NCBI RefSeq assembly: GCF_009914755.1
Contig: NC_060931.1
From: the human T2T-CHM13v2.0 reference genome, Homo sapiens
Strand: one strand, 5' to 3'
DNA: 64,000 bases
Below are positions 50,371 through 64,000 of this stretch, piece after piece. The notes beneath the pieces are model-generated. The model was not told where the DNA came from. It saw only the letters and a program-made list of their open reading frames with translations, and did no database searches. Numbering within the stretch: the first letter of the stretch is position 1; each line of letters starts with the position of its first letter. The position numbers and the translations under genes are program-made.

Positions 50371-53095
50371 AAAGGGAAAAATAGAAATGAAGAAAGGAGT
50401 GACAGTTACCAAGCAAGTCCAAAACCCTATGGCTCAAGAATAATCTTTTTTGGCTTGATGCTCTCAAGGCCCACTGATCTGGAGGTCCTGCCTTTTGGAC
50501 CCTTTTTGATGGTTGTCCAGCCTCCAAAGTTTTGCCTGTCCCCACAGCTTTGCTGAGCTCAGCACACACCACACCAGAGCCTGCTAGAGCTGCACCTAGG
50601 GGAGCCGAGCAGCATGGCAACAGAGTGTGGGGAGCAGAGTCCACAATGTGAGGTAATGCTGAGCAGCAGTGGCCCCTCCTTTGAAATTGTTCTGATCCCC
50701 TGGGCCCTAGCATTCTGTGATGGCAGTCAGCCCTACTGATTTCTGAAATGCCTTTGGGGTCATTTTTCCATTGTCCTGGACAATAGGTCCTTGCTTCTGT
50801 TTAGATGGCTCACTGCCTTGATCAATAGCACATGACTTCCATTGAGACGGCTGATCCATACTAATTTTCTTTATCAAATGATCAATAGGCCACATCATTT
50901 TCTCTTCTGAAAAAGCTTTCTTATCTTTTTCCAATATGGATAGACTAAGAATTTTCTAAATGTTTAAGTTCTACTTCCCTTTAATTAACAAATCCATTTT
51001 TATTTCTCTCTTCTCACATTTTACTATAGGCAGTGAAGAGAAGCCACACTGTACCTTCAACACTTTGCTTATAAATTTCCTCTTCCAGATATCCAATTCA
51101 TTACTCACAAATTCTACCTTCCACAAAACACTGGAACAAGAACACAACACAGCCAAGTTCTTTGCCACTTTATAATAAGGATTTCTGTTCTTTCATTGTC
51201 CAACAACACATTCTTCATTTCTCACTGGTGAGACCTCATCAGAATGGTCTTTACTAGCCATATTTCTACCAATAACCTAAGTTATTGGTATATCTACTTA
51301 GGTATTCACTAAGAAAATTGAGGATTTCTGAACTTCAGCAGAATCATCTTTAATGGTCCATTCACAGCAATGCAGGATTTTTCTAGCACAAAGCTCTCAC
51401 TTCCAGCCTATACTTATTACCCAGTTCCAAAACTGCTTGCACATGTTAGGTATTTACTACAGCAGCACCTTCAGTTCTTGATACCAATATTCTTTCTTAG
51501 TTTGGAGTGCTATTACAAAATACTATAAGTTGCATGGCCTATAAGCAACAGAAATTTATTTCCTACAGTTCTGGAGTCTGAGAAGTCCAAAGCACTGGCA
51601 GATTCAGCGTCTAGTAAAGGCCCATTTCCTCATAGACATCTATCTTTTCACTATAACCTCACATGGTGAAAGGGACAAGGGTCTTCTCTTGAGCCTCTTT
51701 TATTTTTGTTTTTGTTTTTGTTATTTGTTATCTGTTTTTTGTTATTTTGTTTTTTGTTATTTGTATTTGTTTTGTTTTGTTATTTTATTTTTTTAAACTT
51801 CCTATTGAGCCTCTTATATAAGGGCATTAATCACATTTATGAGGTCACTACCCCCATGAGCTAGTTACATTCCAAGTGCCCCATCTCCTGTTATCATCAC
51901 ACTAAGCATGAAAATTTATCATCACATTAAACATATCAATTTTGTGGGAACATAAACAATCAGAATATAACAGATATATACCCAGAAGCTTGCTGGATTA
52001 TATGGTAGTTCTTATTTTTAATTTTTGGGGGAGCTTCCATCCTGTTTTCCATAATGGCTGTACCAATTTACATTCCCACCAACAGTGTACAAGTGTTACT
52101 TTTTCTCCACATTCTTGCCAACACTTGGTATCTTTTGTCTTTTTGGTAATATACAGGTATGAGATAATATCTCATTGTGGTTTTGATTTGCCTTTCATTG
52201 ATGATTACTGATGTTGGGCATTTTTTTCATATTCTTGTCATAAAGATATTTGTATGTCTTATTTTGAGAAATGTCTGTTCAGGTCCTTTGCCTATTTTTT
52301 AATTGGGTTATTTGTTTAATTGCTGTTGAATTGTTTAAGTTCCTTGTGTATTTTGGATATTAACCCCTTGTGAGATGTATGATTTACAAATATTTTCTCC
52401 TATTCCATAGGTTGTCTCTTCACACTGCTGATTGTATCTTTTGCTATGCAGGATATGTTTTGTTTGAGATAACCCCGTTTGTCTATTTTTGCTTTTGTGG
52501 CCTATGCTTTTGGTGTCATAAAAAATCATCACCCAGATCAAGATTTTCCCCATGTTTCTTCTAGCAGTTTACAGTTTTAGGCCTACCATGTAACTATTTA
52601 ATCCATTTCGAGTTGATTTTTTTAAGATAATGGCCCAATTTCATTCTTCTGCATGTGGATATCCAGTTTTCCCAACACCATTATTGAAGAAACTATCCTT
52701 TTGTCTTTGTACATTCTATGTTCAACTGACCATAAATGTGTAGGCTTATTTCTGGGTTTATTATTCCGTTCATTGGTCTTTATGTCCGTTTTTATGCTAG
52801 TAGCATAATTTTTGATTACTATAGCTTTGTTTTAATTATAATAGTATGTTTTGATTGCTATAGCTTTGTTTTGATTACCATATTTTGAAATTAAGTAGTG
52901 CGAGGGCCCCAGCTTTGTTCTTTTAGTTGAAGATTGCTTTGGCTACTTAGGGTCTTTTGTGGTTCCATATAGATTTTAGATTCTTTTTCACTCTTGTGAA
53001 AAATGGAATTAGAATTTTGACAGAATTTCATCGACTATATAGATTGCTTTGGGTAGTAAAGACATTTAACAATATTACTTTAATCCATAAACATT

Positions 53096-53153
53096 ACACA
53101 CACAAACACACACACACACACACACACATATAGTATATATATATATATATATA
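53096..53153. repeat. Compound (CA)n(TA)n microsatellite
   Basis: Directly visible. Confidence 0.9.
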
Positions 53154-56100
53154 TTTGTGTTTATTTGTGTCATCTTCAATTTCTTTTATCAACATTTTAT
53201 AGTTTTCAGCATATAGGTCTTTCACCTCCTTGGTTAAATTTATTCCTGAGTATTTTGGGGGTAGCTATTGTAAATGGGATTGTTTCTTTAATTTCTTTTT
53301 TGTAGAGTGAATTGTTAGTAGATAGAAACACAACTGATTTCTGTATTTTTTTTTCAAGTGGAGTCTTTGGTTTTCTATGTATAACATCATGTCATCTGTA
53401 AACAGAGGTTATTTTATGTCTTTCTTTCCAATTTGGTTATCGTTTATCTCTATTTCTTGCCTAATTGCCCTGGCTAGAACTTCAAGCACCACGGTAAAAG
53501 TGGCAAGACTGAGCATTCTTGTCTTGTTCCTGATCATACAGGAAATGCTTTCAGCTTTTCAACATTGAGTATGGTGTTACCTGTGGGCTTGTCACATATG
53601 GCCTTTATTGCGTTGAGGTACATTCTTTCTTTTTTTTTTCAACTTTTATTTTAGGTTCAGGGATACATACAAAAGTTTGTTATATAGGTAAACTAGCATT
53701 TCTAGGTAAATTAAACTAGATTACTTCATCACCCAGGTATTAAGCCCACTACCCAATAGTGATCTTTTCTGCACCTCTCCCTACTCCCACTATCCACCCT
53801 AAAGTAGAACCCAGTGTCTGCTGTTTCCTTCTTTGAATTCATAAGTTCGTATCATTTAGCTTCCCCTTATAAGTGAGAACATGCGGTTTTTGGTTTTCTG
53901 TTCCTGCATTAGTTTGCTAAGGATTAACAACCTCCAGCTCCATCCATGTTCCCGGAAAAGACAAAACCTTATTCTTTTTGTGGCTGCATAGTATTCCATG
54001 TTGTATATGTATCAGATTTTCTTTATCAAATCTGTCATTGATGGGCATTTACGTTGATTCCATGTCTTTGCTATTGTAAATAGAGCTGCAGTGAACATTC
54101 ATGTGCATGTGTCTTTATGGTAGAATGATTTATATGCCTCTGGGCATATAAGTAATGAGATTGCTGGGTTGAATGGTAGTTCTGCTTTTAGCTCTATGAG
54201 AAATTGCCATACTGCTTTCCACAATGATTGAACAAATTTACACTCCCACCAACAGTGTATAAGCATTCCCTTTTCTCAGCAACCTCACCAGCATGTTATT
54301 TTTCTGACTTTTTAATAGTAGCCATCTTGACCAGTGTGAGATAATATCTTATTGTGGTTTTGATTTGCATTTCTCTAATGATCAGTGATGTTGAGCTTTT
54401 TTTCATATGCTTGTTGGCTGCATATATGTCTTCTTTTGAAAAGTGTCTGTTCATGTCCTTTACCCACTTTTTATTGGGGTAGTTTATTTTTCTTGTACAT
54501 TTGTTTAAGTTCTTTATACATGCTGGATATTAAACCTTTGTCAGATGCATAGTTTGCAAAAATGTCTCTGATTCTGTAGGTTGTCTGTGACTCTGTCGAT
54601 ATCTCTTTTGCTGTGCAGAAACTCTTATTTAGATAACTGTTTGTCAATTTTGCTTTTGTTGCGATAGCTTTTGGTGTCTTGGCCATGAAATCTTTGCCCA
54701 GTCCTATGTCGAGAATGGTATTGCCTAGTTGTCTTCCAGGGTGTTCATACTTTTGGGTTTTCCATTTAAGTCTTTAATCCATCTTGAGTTGATTTTTGTA
54801 TATTGTGTAAGCAAGAGGTCCAGTTTCAACAGTTTCAATCTTCTGCACATGGCTAACCAGTTATCCCAGCACCATTTGTTAAATAGGGAGTGTTTTCTCC
54901 ATTTCTTGTTTTTGTCATCTTTGTTGAAGATCAGATGGTTGTAGATGTGTGACCTTATTTCTGGGCTCTCTAATCTGTTCCATTTATCTATGTACCTGTT
55001 TTTGTACCAGTACTATGCTGTTTTGGAGATTGTACCTCTGTAGTATAGTTTGAAGTGAGTAATGTGATGCCTCCAGCTTTGTTCTTTTTGCTTAGGATTG
55101 CTTTTGCTATTCGGGCTCCTTTATGGCTGTACATCAATTTTAAAATAGCTTTATTTCTAGTTCTGTGGAGAATGTTGTTGGTAGTCTGATAGCAATAGCA
55201 TTTAATCTGTAAATTGCTTTGGGCAGTATGGCCATTTAAACAATATTTATTCTTCATGAGCATGGAATGTTTTTTCATTTGTTTGTGTCTTTTCTGATAT
55301 ATTTGAGCAGTGTTTTGTAATTCTCGTTGTAGAGATCTTTTATCTCCCTGGTTAGCTGTATTCCTAGGTATTTTATTCTTTTTGTGGCAATTGTGAATGG
55401 GATTACCTTTCTGACTTGACTCTCTGTTTGGATCTTGTTGGTGTATAGGAATGCTAGTGACTTTTGTACATTGATTTTTGTATGCTGCAGCTTTGCTGAA
55501 GTTGTTTATCAGCTCAAAGAGATTTTGGCCCAAGACTATGGGGTTTTCTAGACATAGAATCATGTTGTCTGCAAACAGACATAGTTTGACTTCCTCTCTT
55601 CCTATTTAAATGTTCTTTATTTTTTTCTCTTGTCTTATTGCTCTGGCCAGGACTTCATCCTATGTTGAATAGAAGTGGCAAGAGAGGGCGTTCTTGTCTT
55701 GTGCTTGTTTTTAAGAGGAATGTTTCCAACTTTTGCCAATTCGGCAATGTTAACTGTGGGTTTGTCATAGACGGCTCTTATTATTTTGATGTGTGTTCCT
55801 TTAATACCTAGTTGACTGAAAGTTTTTAACATGAAGGAATGTTGCATTTTGTCAAAAGCATTTTCTGTGTCTATTAATCATGTGGTTTTTGTCTTTAGTT
55901 CTGTTTTTGTGATAAATCACATTTATTGATTTGTGTATGTTGAACCAACCTTGCATCCCAGGAATAAAGCTGAATTGACCATGGTGGATTAGCTTTTTGA
56001 TGTCCTGCTGGATTCAGCTTACAGGTATTTTGTTGAGGATTTTTGCATCAAAGTTCATAAAGTATATTGGCCTGAAGTTTTCCTTTTTTGTTGTGTCTCT

Positions 56101-56610
56101 GGCAGGTTTTGGTATCAAGATGATGCTGACCTCATACAATGAGTTGGGGAGGTGTCCCTCCTCCTTAATTTTTTGGAATAGTTTCTGTAGGAGTGGTACC
56201 AGCTATTCTTTGTACATCTGGTAGAATTTGGCTATGAATCCATCATGTACTGGGCTTTTTTTTTTTTTTTTTTTTTGGTTGGTAGGCTATTTATTACTGA
56301 TTCAACTTCAAAGCTCATTATTGGTCTGTTCAGGGAATCAACTTCTTCCTGGCTCAGTCTTGGGCTGGTGTATGTGTCCAAGAGTTTATCCATCTCTTCT
56401 AGGCTTTCTAGTTTGTGTGCACAGAGGTGTTTATCGTAGTCTCTGATGGTTGTTTGAATTTCTGTGGAATCAGTAGTAACATTCCCTTCATCATTTCTGA
56501 TTGTGTTTATTTGGATCTTCTCCATTTTTTTCCTTATTAGTGTAACTAGAGGCTTGTCTATCTTATTATTTTTTTCAAAAAGCCAACTCCTAGATCTGTT
56601 TGTCTTTTGA

Positions 56611-56614
<4 letters not shown>

Positions 56615-56641
<27 letters not shown>
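56615..56641. repeat. (TG)n microsatellite
   Basis: Directly visible. Confidence 0.9.
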
Positions 56642-56767
56642 CTCGATTTCTTTCACTTCAGCTCTGATTTTGGTTATTTATTGTATTCTGCTAGCTTTGG
56701 GGTTGATTTCTTCTTGCTTCTCTAGTTCTTTCAGTTGTGATGTTAGGTTTTTAATTTGAGATCTAAC

Positions 56768-57057
56768 TTTTTTTTTTTGAGACAGAGTCTCACTCCGTCA
56801 CCTAGGCTGGAGTGCAGCAGCACGATATTGGCTCACTGCAACCTCCGGCTCCTGGGTTCTAGTGATTCTCCTGCCTAAACTTTCTGAGCAGCTGGGACTA
56901 CAGGTGTGTGCCACCATGCCTGGCTAATTTTTGTATTTTTAGTAGAGACAGTGTTTCACCGTGTTAGCCAGGATGGTCTTGTTCTCCTGACCTTGTAATC
57001 TGCCCATCTTGGCCTCCCAAAGTGCTGAAATTACAGGCATGAGGCACAGTGCCCAGC
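56768..57057 (-). mobile_element. AluS (Sc-like) inside the L1
   Basis: TSD tgagatctaacttt starting at 56757 and 57058. Confidence 0.9.
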
Positions 57058-57745
57058 TGAGATCTAACTTTTTAATGTGGGCATTTAGTGCTATAAATTT
57101 CCCCCTTAACATTGCCTTAGCTGTGCCCCAGAGATTCTGGTATTTTGTATCTTTGTTCCCATTATTTTCAAAAAACTTGTTGATTTCTGCCTTAATTTCA
57201 TTATTTACCCAAAAGTCATCCAAGAGCATGTTGTTTAACTGCATGGATTTAAGCAATTTTCTTGGTCTTGACATCTATTCCTATTGTGCTGTGGTCCATG
57301 AGTGTGTTTGGTATGATTTAAGCTCCTTTGCATTTGTTGATTGTTTTATGTCCAATTACGTGGTTCATTTTAGAGTATGCGCCATGTGGTGATGAGAAGA
57401 GTGTATATATATTCTGTCGTCTTTGGGTGGAGACTTCTGTAAATGTCTATTAGATCCATTTGGTCCAATGTTGAGTTGAGGTCCTGAATATCTTTGTTAA
57501 TTTTCTGCCTTGATGATCTGTCTAATACTGTTAGTGGAGTGTTGAATTCTCCTACTATTATTGTGTGAGAGTCTATATCTCTTTGTAGGTCTCTAAGAAT
57601 TTTCTTTATGAATCTGGGTCCTCCTGTGCTGGGTGCATATATATTTCAGATAGTTAGGTATTCTTATTGAATTGAACCCTTTACCTTTATGTAATTCCCT
57701 TCTTTGTGTTTTTTGATCTTTGTTGGTTTGAAATCTGTTTTGTCT

Positions 57746-58039
57746 TAAAGCAAAAAAAAAAAATACATATTTGGTTAGTTTGTACCTTGCTAAACTAATT
57801 GATGCTAGAGAGGCAAAATAAAAAAAAACAAACCTGGACTCAAATAAAAATTTAGTTATTATAATTTAAATGAGATTATTTACATATGCAATTCTACAAA
57901 ATATTTTTTCTTAGGTAGACCAGGCTTAACATTACTTAATAAAAACTCAGGTATAAAAGATTCCATATTATTTCCTTATTTTTCATCTTCTTTTCTTCTA
58001 AATTGAGGTCAATAACATTTTCTTCTCACTAAAAAAAAA
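57746..58039 (+). other. Retrotransposed unique AT-rich sequence with poly(A) and TSD (orphan transduction-like)
   Basis: TSD gaaatctgttttg(t/c)ct at 57730-57745 and 58040-58055; A9 tail. Confidence 0.75.
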
Positions 58040-61000
58040 GAAATCTGTTTTGCCTGAAATTAGGATTGCAGCTCCTGCTTTTTTCTCTTTTCAATTTGCT
58101 TGGTAGATTTCCCTCTATCCCTTTATTTTGAGCCTATGAGTGTCATTACATGTGAGATGGGTCTCTTGAATCAGCATATCATTGGGTCTTGCTTCTTTAT
58201 CCAGCTTGTCACTCTATGCCTTTTAAGTGGGGGCATTTAGTCCATTTACATTAAGGTTAGTATTGATATATGTGTATTTAATCCTGTCATTGTGCTGTTA
58301 GCTGGTTATTATGTTCGCTTGTTTTTATGGTTGCTTTATAGTGGTCTGTGTGTTTAAGTGTGTTTTTGTATTACCTGGTAGCAGTCTTTCTTTTCTATAT
58401 TTAGTGCTCATCTCAAGATCTCTTGTAAGGCAGGAATGGTGGTAATGAGATCCCTCAACATTTGCTTATCTGAAAAGGATCTTATTTCTCCTTCACTTAG
58501 GAAGCTTAGTTTGGCTGGATATGCAATTCTTGGTTGAAGATTTTGTCTTTAAGGGTGTTGAATATTGGCACCAAATCTCTTCTGGCTTGTAGGGTTTCAG
58601 CTGAGAGACCCACTGTTAGCCTGATGGGTTTCCCTTTGTAGGTGGCTTCCCTTTCTCTCTAGCTGCCTTTAACATTCTTTCATTTCAACCTTGGAAAATC
58701 TGACAGTTATGTGTATTGGGGATGATCTTCTTATGTAGATTCTTGCAGGAGTTCTCTGTATTTCCTGAATTTGACTGTTGGACTCTCTAGCAAGGTTGGG
58801 GAAGTTTTCATAAACAGTATCCTGAAATATATTTTCCAAGTTGTTTGCTTTCTCCCCTTCCCTTTCAAGCAATGCCAATCGGATTTGCCCTCTTTACATA
58901 ATCTCATAATTCTCAGACACTTTATTCATTCATTTTTAGCCTTTTTTCTTTATTTTTTGTCTTATTTCAGAGAACCAGTATTCAAGTTCTGAGATTCTTT
59001 CCTCAGCTTGATTTCTTCTGCTTTTAATATTTATGATATTATTGTATTATGTTATTCAGCTCTGTCAGATGCATTAGGTTCTTTTTTATACTGGTTATTT
59101 TGTCCTTCAGCTCCTGTATTGCTTTATTGTGATTCTTATTTTCCTTGGATTGGGTTTTGCCATCCTTCTGAATCTCAAAGATTTTTGTTTCTATCCATAT
59201 TTTGTCTTCTATTTCTGTCATTCCAGCCATTTCAGCCTGGTTAAGAACCCTTGTTGGAGAACTGGTGTGCCATTTGGAGGACATATGACAATCTGGCCAC
59301 TTGAGTTACTGGAGTTCTTGCGTTGGTTCTTTCTCATCTCTGCATGTCGGTGTTCCTTTAACTGCAGTGTAGATTGAATACAATCAATAAACTTCTTTTT
59401 ATGGATGTTTTCACGGGGCCAAGTCTTTGTGCAGGGTCTCTATTTGAAGCTGATTTCTTGTCTCTGGTTTCAGAGGAGGGTATGTTAGTGAGGTATTTTT
59501 GGTGTTGAAGCTTTGGGGTGTGATCCAGCAGGTGGCACTTATGTTTGTTGGTCAGTTCGTAGACTCTTGCTTGGTTGTGTGGCTCCCCTATGTTTCCTCA
59601 CAGTTGCAGCCATGTTCCCTCTCAATGCTCTGAAAGTGTTGGTTTCTCTCTCTCTTGACTGCTGGCTGTAGATCATGGTTTGGTGCTCCTGGGCTGCCCA
59701 CTGCAGCTCTGGGGTGATCTCAGTGTTTACATTCCTTCCTCAAATTGGAGTCAGTAAAGGAAGAACTTTAGTAGTGGTTGTGGACAATGGTCTTTTGCTT
59801 GTCTCCCAGGGGCCCCACCCCAGAAAGATGCAGGTCAGCAGTTGCTCAGTGCAATTAGCCCAAGATGGAGGGTCTGTGCTGGAGGGCCCAAGCCAGGGAT
59901 TCCCTGTCTGGTGATGAGCAATGGGGGTGTGGGGGACCCATGGAAATTGGACTGGCTTCCTCTTCTCGGATGAAATGTAGCTTGTTGGAGGTGTGTATAA
60001 GGCACTTAGGGTCTTTGCTCCTATGTTAGTCCACGGGTGGCAAAGGCAGTTCCACTGCAGAGGCAGTGGCAGAGAGATTTTCAGTTGCCCTGGAAGGCTC
60101 TGTCCAGGGAGTTGCTGAGTTGCTATTGGCTTGATAGCTCTGGTGGTGGGTGTCTGGAGGCCAAGCCTGGAGGACCTGTCTGGTAAGGAGATATGGGAAT
60201 GGCCACCCACATAACAGTCTGGCCAATTTTCCATAGGGCTTCTGCGGTATGCTAGGGGCCCACTCCAGTCCCTAGTTACCTCGGATTTTACCTGGAGGTA
60301 ACACCAGAGAAGCCTGTCAAATAGCAAAGATGGCAAACTGCCCTTCCCTCTGGGAGCTTCATCCTGTTGCTAGCCTGTTGCTAGCTTGTTCAAGCCTGTT
60401 GCTAGCCTGAACACACCTGTAGGAGGTGGCTGGAGACCCCGATAGAAAGGTCCCACCCAGTAAGGAGAAATGTGATTGGGGACCCACTTTAAAAAGCAGT
60501 CTGGCCATGATTTCATAGAGCAGCTAAGCTGTGCTGGGGATCCACTTCAGCTCCTGGTTGCCTTGGACACTTCAAAGCCTGAATGCTGGAATAGCTAAGT
60601 TGCCCAGACAGCAAGGATGGTGGTCCACCCTTCATGCTGAGAGCTTCGTCCCAGAGAATTAAAATCTCTGTTGGCTGGAGAACACTAATGGGGGTGGCTA
60701 GAGGCCCTGGTTGGGAGATCCTACTCAGGGAAGAGGAATGGGATTGGGCACCCACTTAAAGAAGCAGTTTAGCCACATTTTGTTAGAGCAGCTGTGCTGT
60801 TCTGGGTGGGTCCCTTCTGCCTGTGGTCAGCTAAGACTCTCCAAATTCTGAAGACTTGGTTGGGGGCTAAGTAGCTCAAACAGCAAAGATGAAAGATGGC
60901 AGCCTGCCCCTTCTCCTGGGAGCTCCATCACAGGGAAGTGCAATGCTGCTACCAGTGGCTGGCTGGAACTCCAAGCTAATGGGTCTTATCCTGTGAGGTG

Positions 61001-62290
61001 CCATGGAAGTGGGGCCTGCAGGCTGTCACTGCTCAGTCCCTTGGATTCAGCCTCTTACCTAGGGGTATGTACAGGGATCTAACCTCGCACTTTGCTGGAG
61101 TTGCAGCTACTTTTGCCGGAAAGCCTGAGTATCTAAGCTTCCCAGGACTCCATGCATGCCTGAGCAGCTGCTCCGCTGAGACTCCATAGCTCTGTTTGTC
61201 CACCAAAGACCCCAGTGGAATGGGTTCACAAGAAGATCTCCTGGCCCATGGGTTGCAAAAATTTGTGGGAGAAGTGTGGGTTCCTGGGGTCGCACATGCA
61301 CTAACTGCTTCCCTGGGTGGGGGAGATTCCCCTGCCTCTGTGTTGCTCCTGTGTGGGCCGTCATGCTGTCTTGCTTTTCTTCATTCTCCAGGGTCAAGTT
61401 ATTTCCTTGATTAGAGGCAATGCAAGTACCTGATGTTCCACGTTGAGATGATGTATTTACTTGCTCTTTTTGTTCCTCTCCGTGAGAGCCATGCATATTA
61501 ATTGCTTCTAGTTGGCCATCTTGGCCACCATAAAGGTACATTCTTTCTGTACTTAACTTGTTGAGCATTTTTGTCATGAAAGGATACTGAATTTTGTCCA
61601 GTGCTTTCTTTGCGTCTATTGAGGTGATCATATGATTTTTATCCTTTATTTTGTTAGTGTAGTGTGTCACATTTATTTATTTGCATATGTTGAGCCGTTT
61701 TTGCATTCTAGGGATAAATCCCACTTACTCAAAGTGTATAATGTTTTTAATGTGCTGTTGAAATCAGTATGCTTGTATTTTATTAAAGAGTTTAACATCT
61801 ATGTTCATCAGAGATATTGGCCTGTAATTTTCTTTGCTTGTAGTGTCCTCTGGTTTTGGTATTAGGGTAATCGTGGCCTCGTAAAATGAGTTTGAAAGTG
61901 TTCCTTTTCCTTCAATTTTTCAGAAAAGTTTGAGTGGAATTGGCATTACATTCATTTTGCTATAAGTGTTTGTTAAAATTCACCAGTGGAGCCTTCATGT
62001 CTAGAGCTTTTGTTAGGAGTGTTGCAATTACGGATTTAATCTCCTTACTTGTCATTGATCTATTAAGATTTTCTATTTCTTGGTGATTCAGTCTTGATAG
62101 GTTGTATATGCCTATGAATTTACTAACTTTCTCTAGGCTATCAAATTTATTGGTCTATAATTATTTATAATAATTTCTTGTGGTCCTGCAGTGTATACCT
62201 GCAGTATCAGTTGTAATGTTTCTGCTTTTATTAATAATATTATATATTTGAGTCTTTTTTCTTTTTTCTTAGTTAGTATAACTAAAGGTG

Positions 62291-64000
62291 TTTCTATGGC
62301 CCCAAACTCCAGGCCTTTCCCATTGTCAGGTGGCCCTTTGCAGCCCCAGGCTCCAGGGCCACCTTGCAGACACAGGTCCTAGGCCAACTCCAGCAATAGG
62401 TCTGCCCTCATAACCTCAGGCTCCAGGTCTGTTCCAGCACCAGGCCAGCCCCACAAAGCGCCAGGCTTCAGGCTTGTCCCACAGCCTCAGGCTCCAGGTC
62501 AGCCTCTGCAGTCTCATTCTGTAGACTAGCACTCATGGGATGAGGGTTCATGTTGGATCTGAAGATGAACTTTAAGGCCTGCTCCAGGGCCAAGCTGGCT
62601 CCCATTGACCCAGGCTTTGGGCTGACCCACATGGACCGAAGTTCAGGTTCATCCCAGCACCAGGCTGGCCCCATGGCTCCAGGATGCAGGCCTGCTCTGA
62701 AGACTAAACCTTCAGACCAGACATCACAGCCCCAGGATCTAGAATGTACCCGTGGCCCCTGCCTTCAGGCTTCTGTCCACAAGCCCAGAACCCAGTGAAC
62801 TCTGGTGCCAAGCTAGCCACTATAGACCTGAGATTCAGGCATAAACCCAAAGACCCAATTTCTAGTCTCACCATAGCACCAGGATGGCCCCTGTAGACTC
62901 TGGGCCCACAGACTCAGAACCAGGCCCATCTCCATGGTTCCAGATGTGAGGCCCTTCTTAGTGACAGGCCTGCCCACAGGGACCTAAGCTCCAGTGCCAC
63001 CCTAGTGGATCCAGGCTCCAAGCTGGTCATTGTAGATCCAAGCACCAGGCCTGCCCACCTACTTGCTGAGGGACCAGGGTAGCATGTTCAAGGACTCCAA
63101 TGCCAAGCTGTGTTAGGCCATTCTTGCACTGCTATAAAGAAATACCTGTGGCTCAGTAATTTGTAAAGAAAAGAGTTATAATTGCCTCATCAACCTGTAG
63201 GCTGTACCAACATGGCTACAGCATCTGCTTCTGGTGAGGGTCTCAGGAACCTTACAATTATGGAGGAAGGTGAAGTGGGAATAGGCAGGTCACATGATAA
63301 GAATGGGAGTAAGAGTGGGAGGTAGGGGCCACGCACTTTTAAACAACCAGTTCTCACATGAACTCAGAGCAAGAACTCATTATTACCAAGGAGATGGTTC
63401 TAAACCCTTCATGAGGGAACTGCCCCCATGATCCAATGACCTCCCACCAGGCCCCACTTCCAACACTGGGAATCAAATGTCAACATGGGATTTGGAGGGG
63501 ACAAACATCTAAACTATATCACAAGCCCACTGATAAACCCCATTAGCTGGCTTACCTAGAATCTTAGGGCTGACTGGTGGAGGGCTTTCCCTGCTGAATC
63601 CAGTTTGTAAAGACCGAAAAAGCTGCCTACTTCTTTAAATATGCAAACACCAATTTAAAGCCCCAAGGATTACAGATAATCAGAAAAACATGACACCAAA
63701 AGAAAAAACTAAAACACCATTAACAGACCTTACAGAAATGCAGATCTATGAACTGCCTAAGAGTTCAAAATAATTATCTGAAAAAAGTTTAGTGAGCCAC
63801 AAGAAAACACAAACTAAACAATAATCAGAATACATAAACAAAGAGTTGTTCAACAAATAGAAACCATTAAAATGAACGAAATTCAGAAGCTGAAGAACAC
63901 AATAACTGAACTGAAAATTTCAGAGAGCTTCAATAGCAGATTTGAATTATAAGAACTAGTGAGTTCAAAGGCACATCGTTTGAAATTACCCAGTACGAGG
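62291..64000 (+). mobile_element. Old L1M 5'UTR (degenerate ccaggctccagg repeats) and start of ORF1
   Basis: GC-rich repeated motifs, then agatctatgaactgcct...gaagctgaagaacacaataactgaactgaaaa, ORF1-like. Confidence 0.65.
63109..63521 (-). mobile_element. MST (MSTA-like) solo LTR
   Basis: tgtgttaggccattcttgcactgctataaagaaatacctg...aaactatatca; TSD caagc at 63104-63108 and 63522-63526. Confidence 0.9.

Larger units (their letters stand above)
53631..61533 (-). mobile_element. Full-length older L1PA (L1PA13-16-like) with long 5'UTR; inactive
   Basis: Perfect 15-bp TSD aggtacattctttct at 53616-53630 and 61534-61548; antisense ORF2 and ORF1 remnants; 5' end ggtggccaagatggccaactagaagc on the minus strand. 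Confidence 0.93.

Noticed and set aside
62291-63108. GC-rich degenerate repeats suggesting a CRISPR-like or coding array
   Set aside because: No fixed repeat-spacer period; leads into L1 ORF1-like sequence, consistent with an old L1M 5'UTR.

Overview
Human (primate) genomic DNA from the GIMAP (GTPase of immunity-associated protein) cluster, recognised from the proteins as the 7q36.1 locus. It holds the last two coding exons and 3'UTR of GIMAP8 (+, 360-~5741), the complete two-exon GIMAP7 gene (+, ~41239-~47457; CDS 46359-47261) and a near full-length processed STRADB pseudogene (-, ~38329-40414) lying head-to-head with the GIMAP7 promoter. The rest is dense, nested transposon DNA: three adjacent L1PA copies (one full-length, one twin-primed), an older full-length L1PA, a complete Tigger1 carrying SVA, Alu and L1 insertions, a MaLR provirus, a MER11 solo LTR, MST/MLT LTRs, Alus, MIRs and old L1M fragments. 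Almost all short ORFs in the track are repeat-derived or antisense artefacts. I see no convincing new biological system. The best leads are: non-consensus variants shared patchwise among three neighbouring L1s (possible local gene conversion); a 268-codon ORF and retained CpG cluster in the STRADB pseudogene beside the GIMAP7 promoter; an orphan 3'-transduction-like insert; two complex repair scars; and poly(A) signals of GIMAP7 inside an L1. Repeat subfamily names and consensus comparisons come from recalled sequences and need RepeatMasker/Dfam confirmation.
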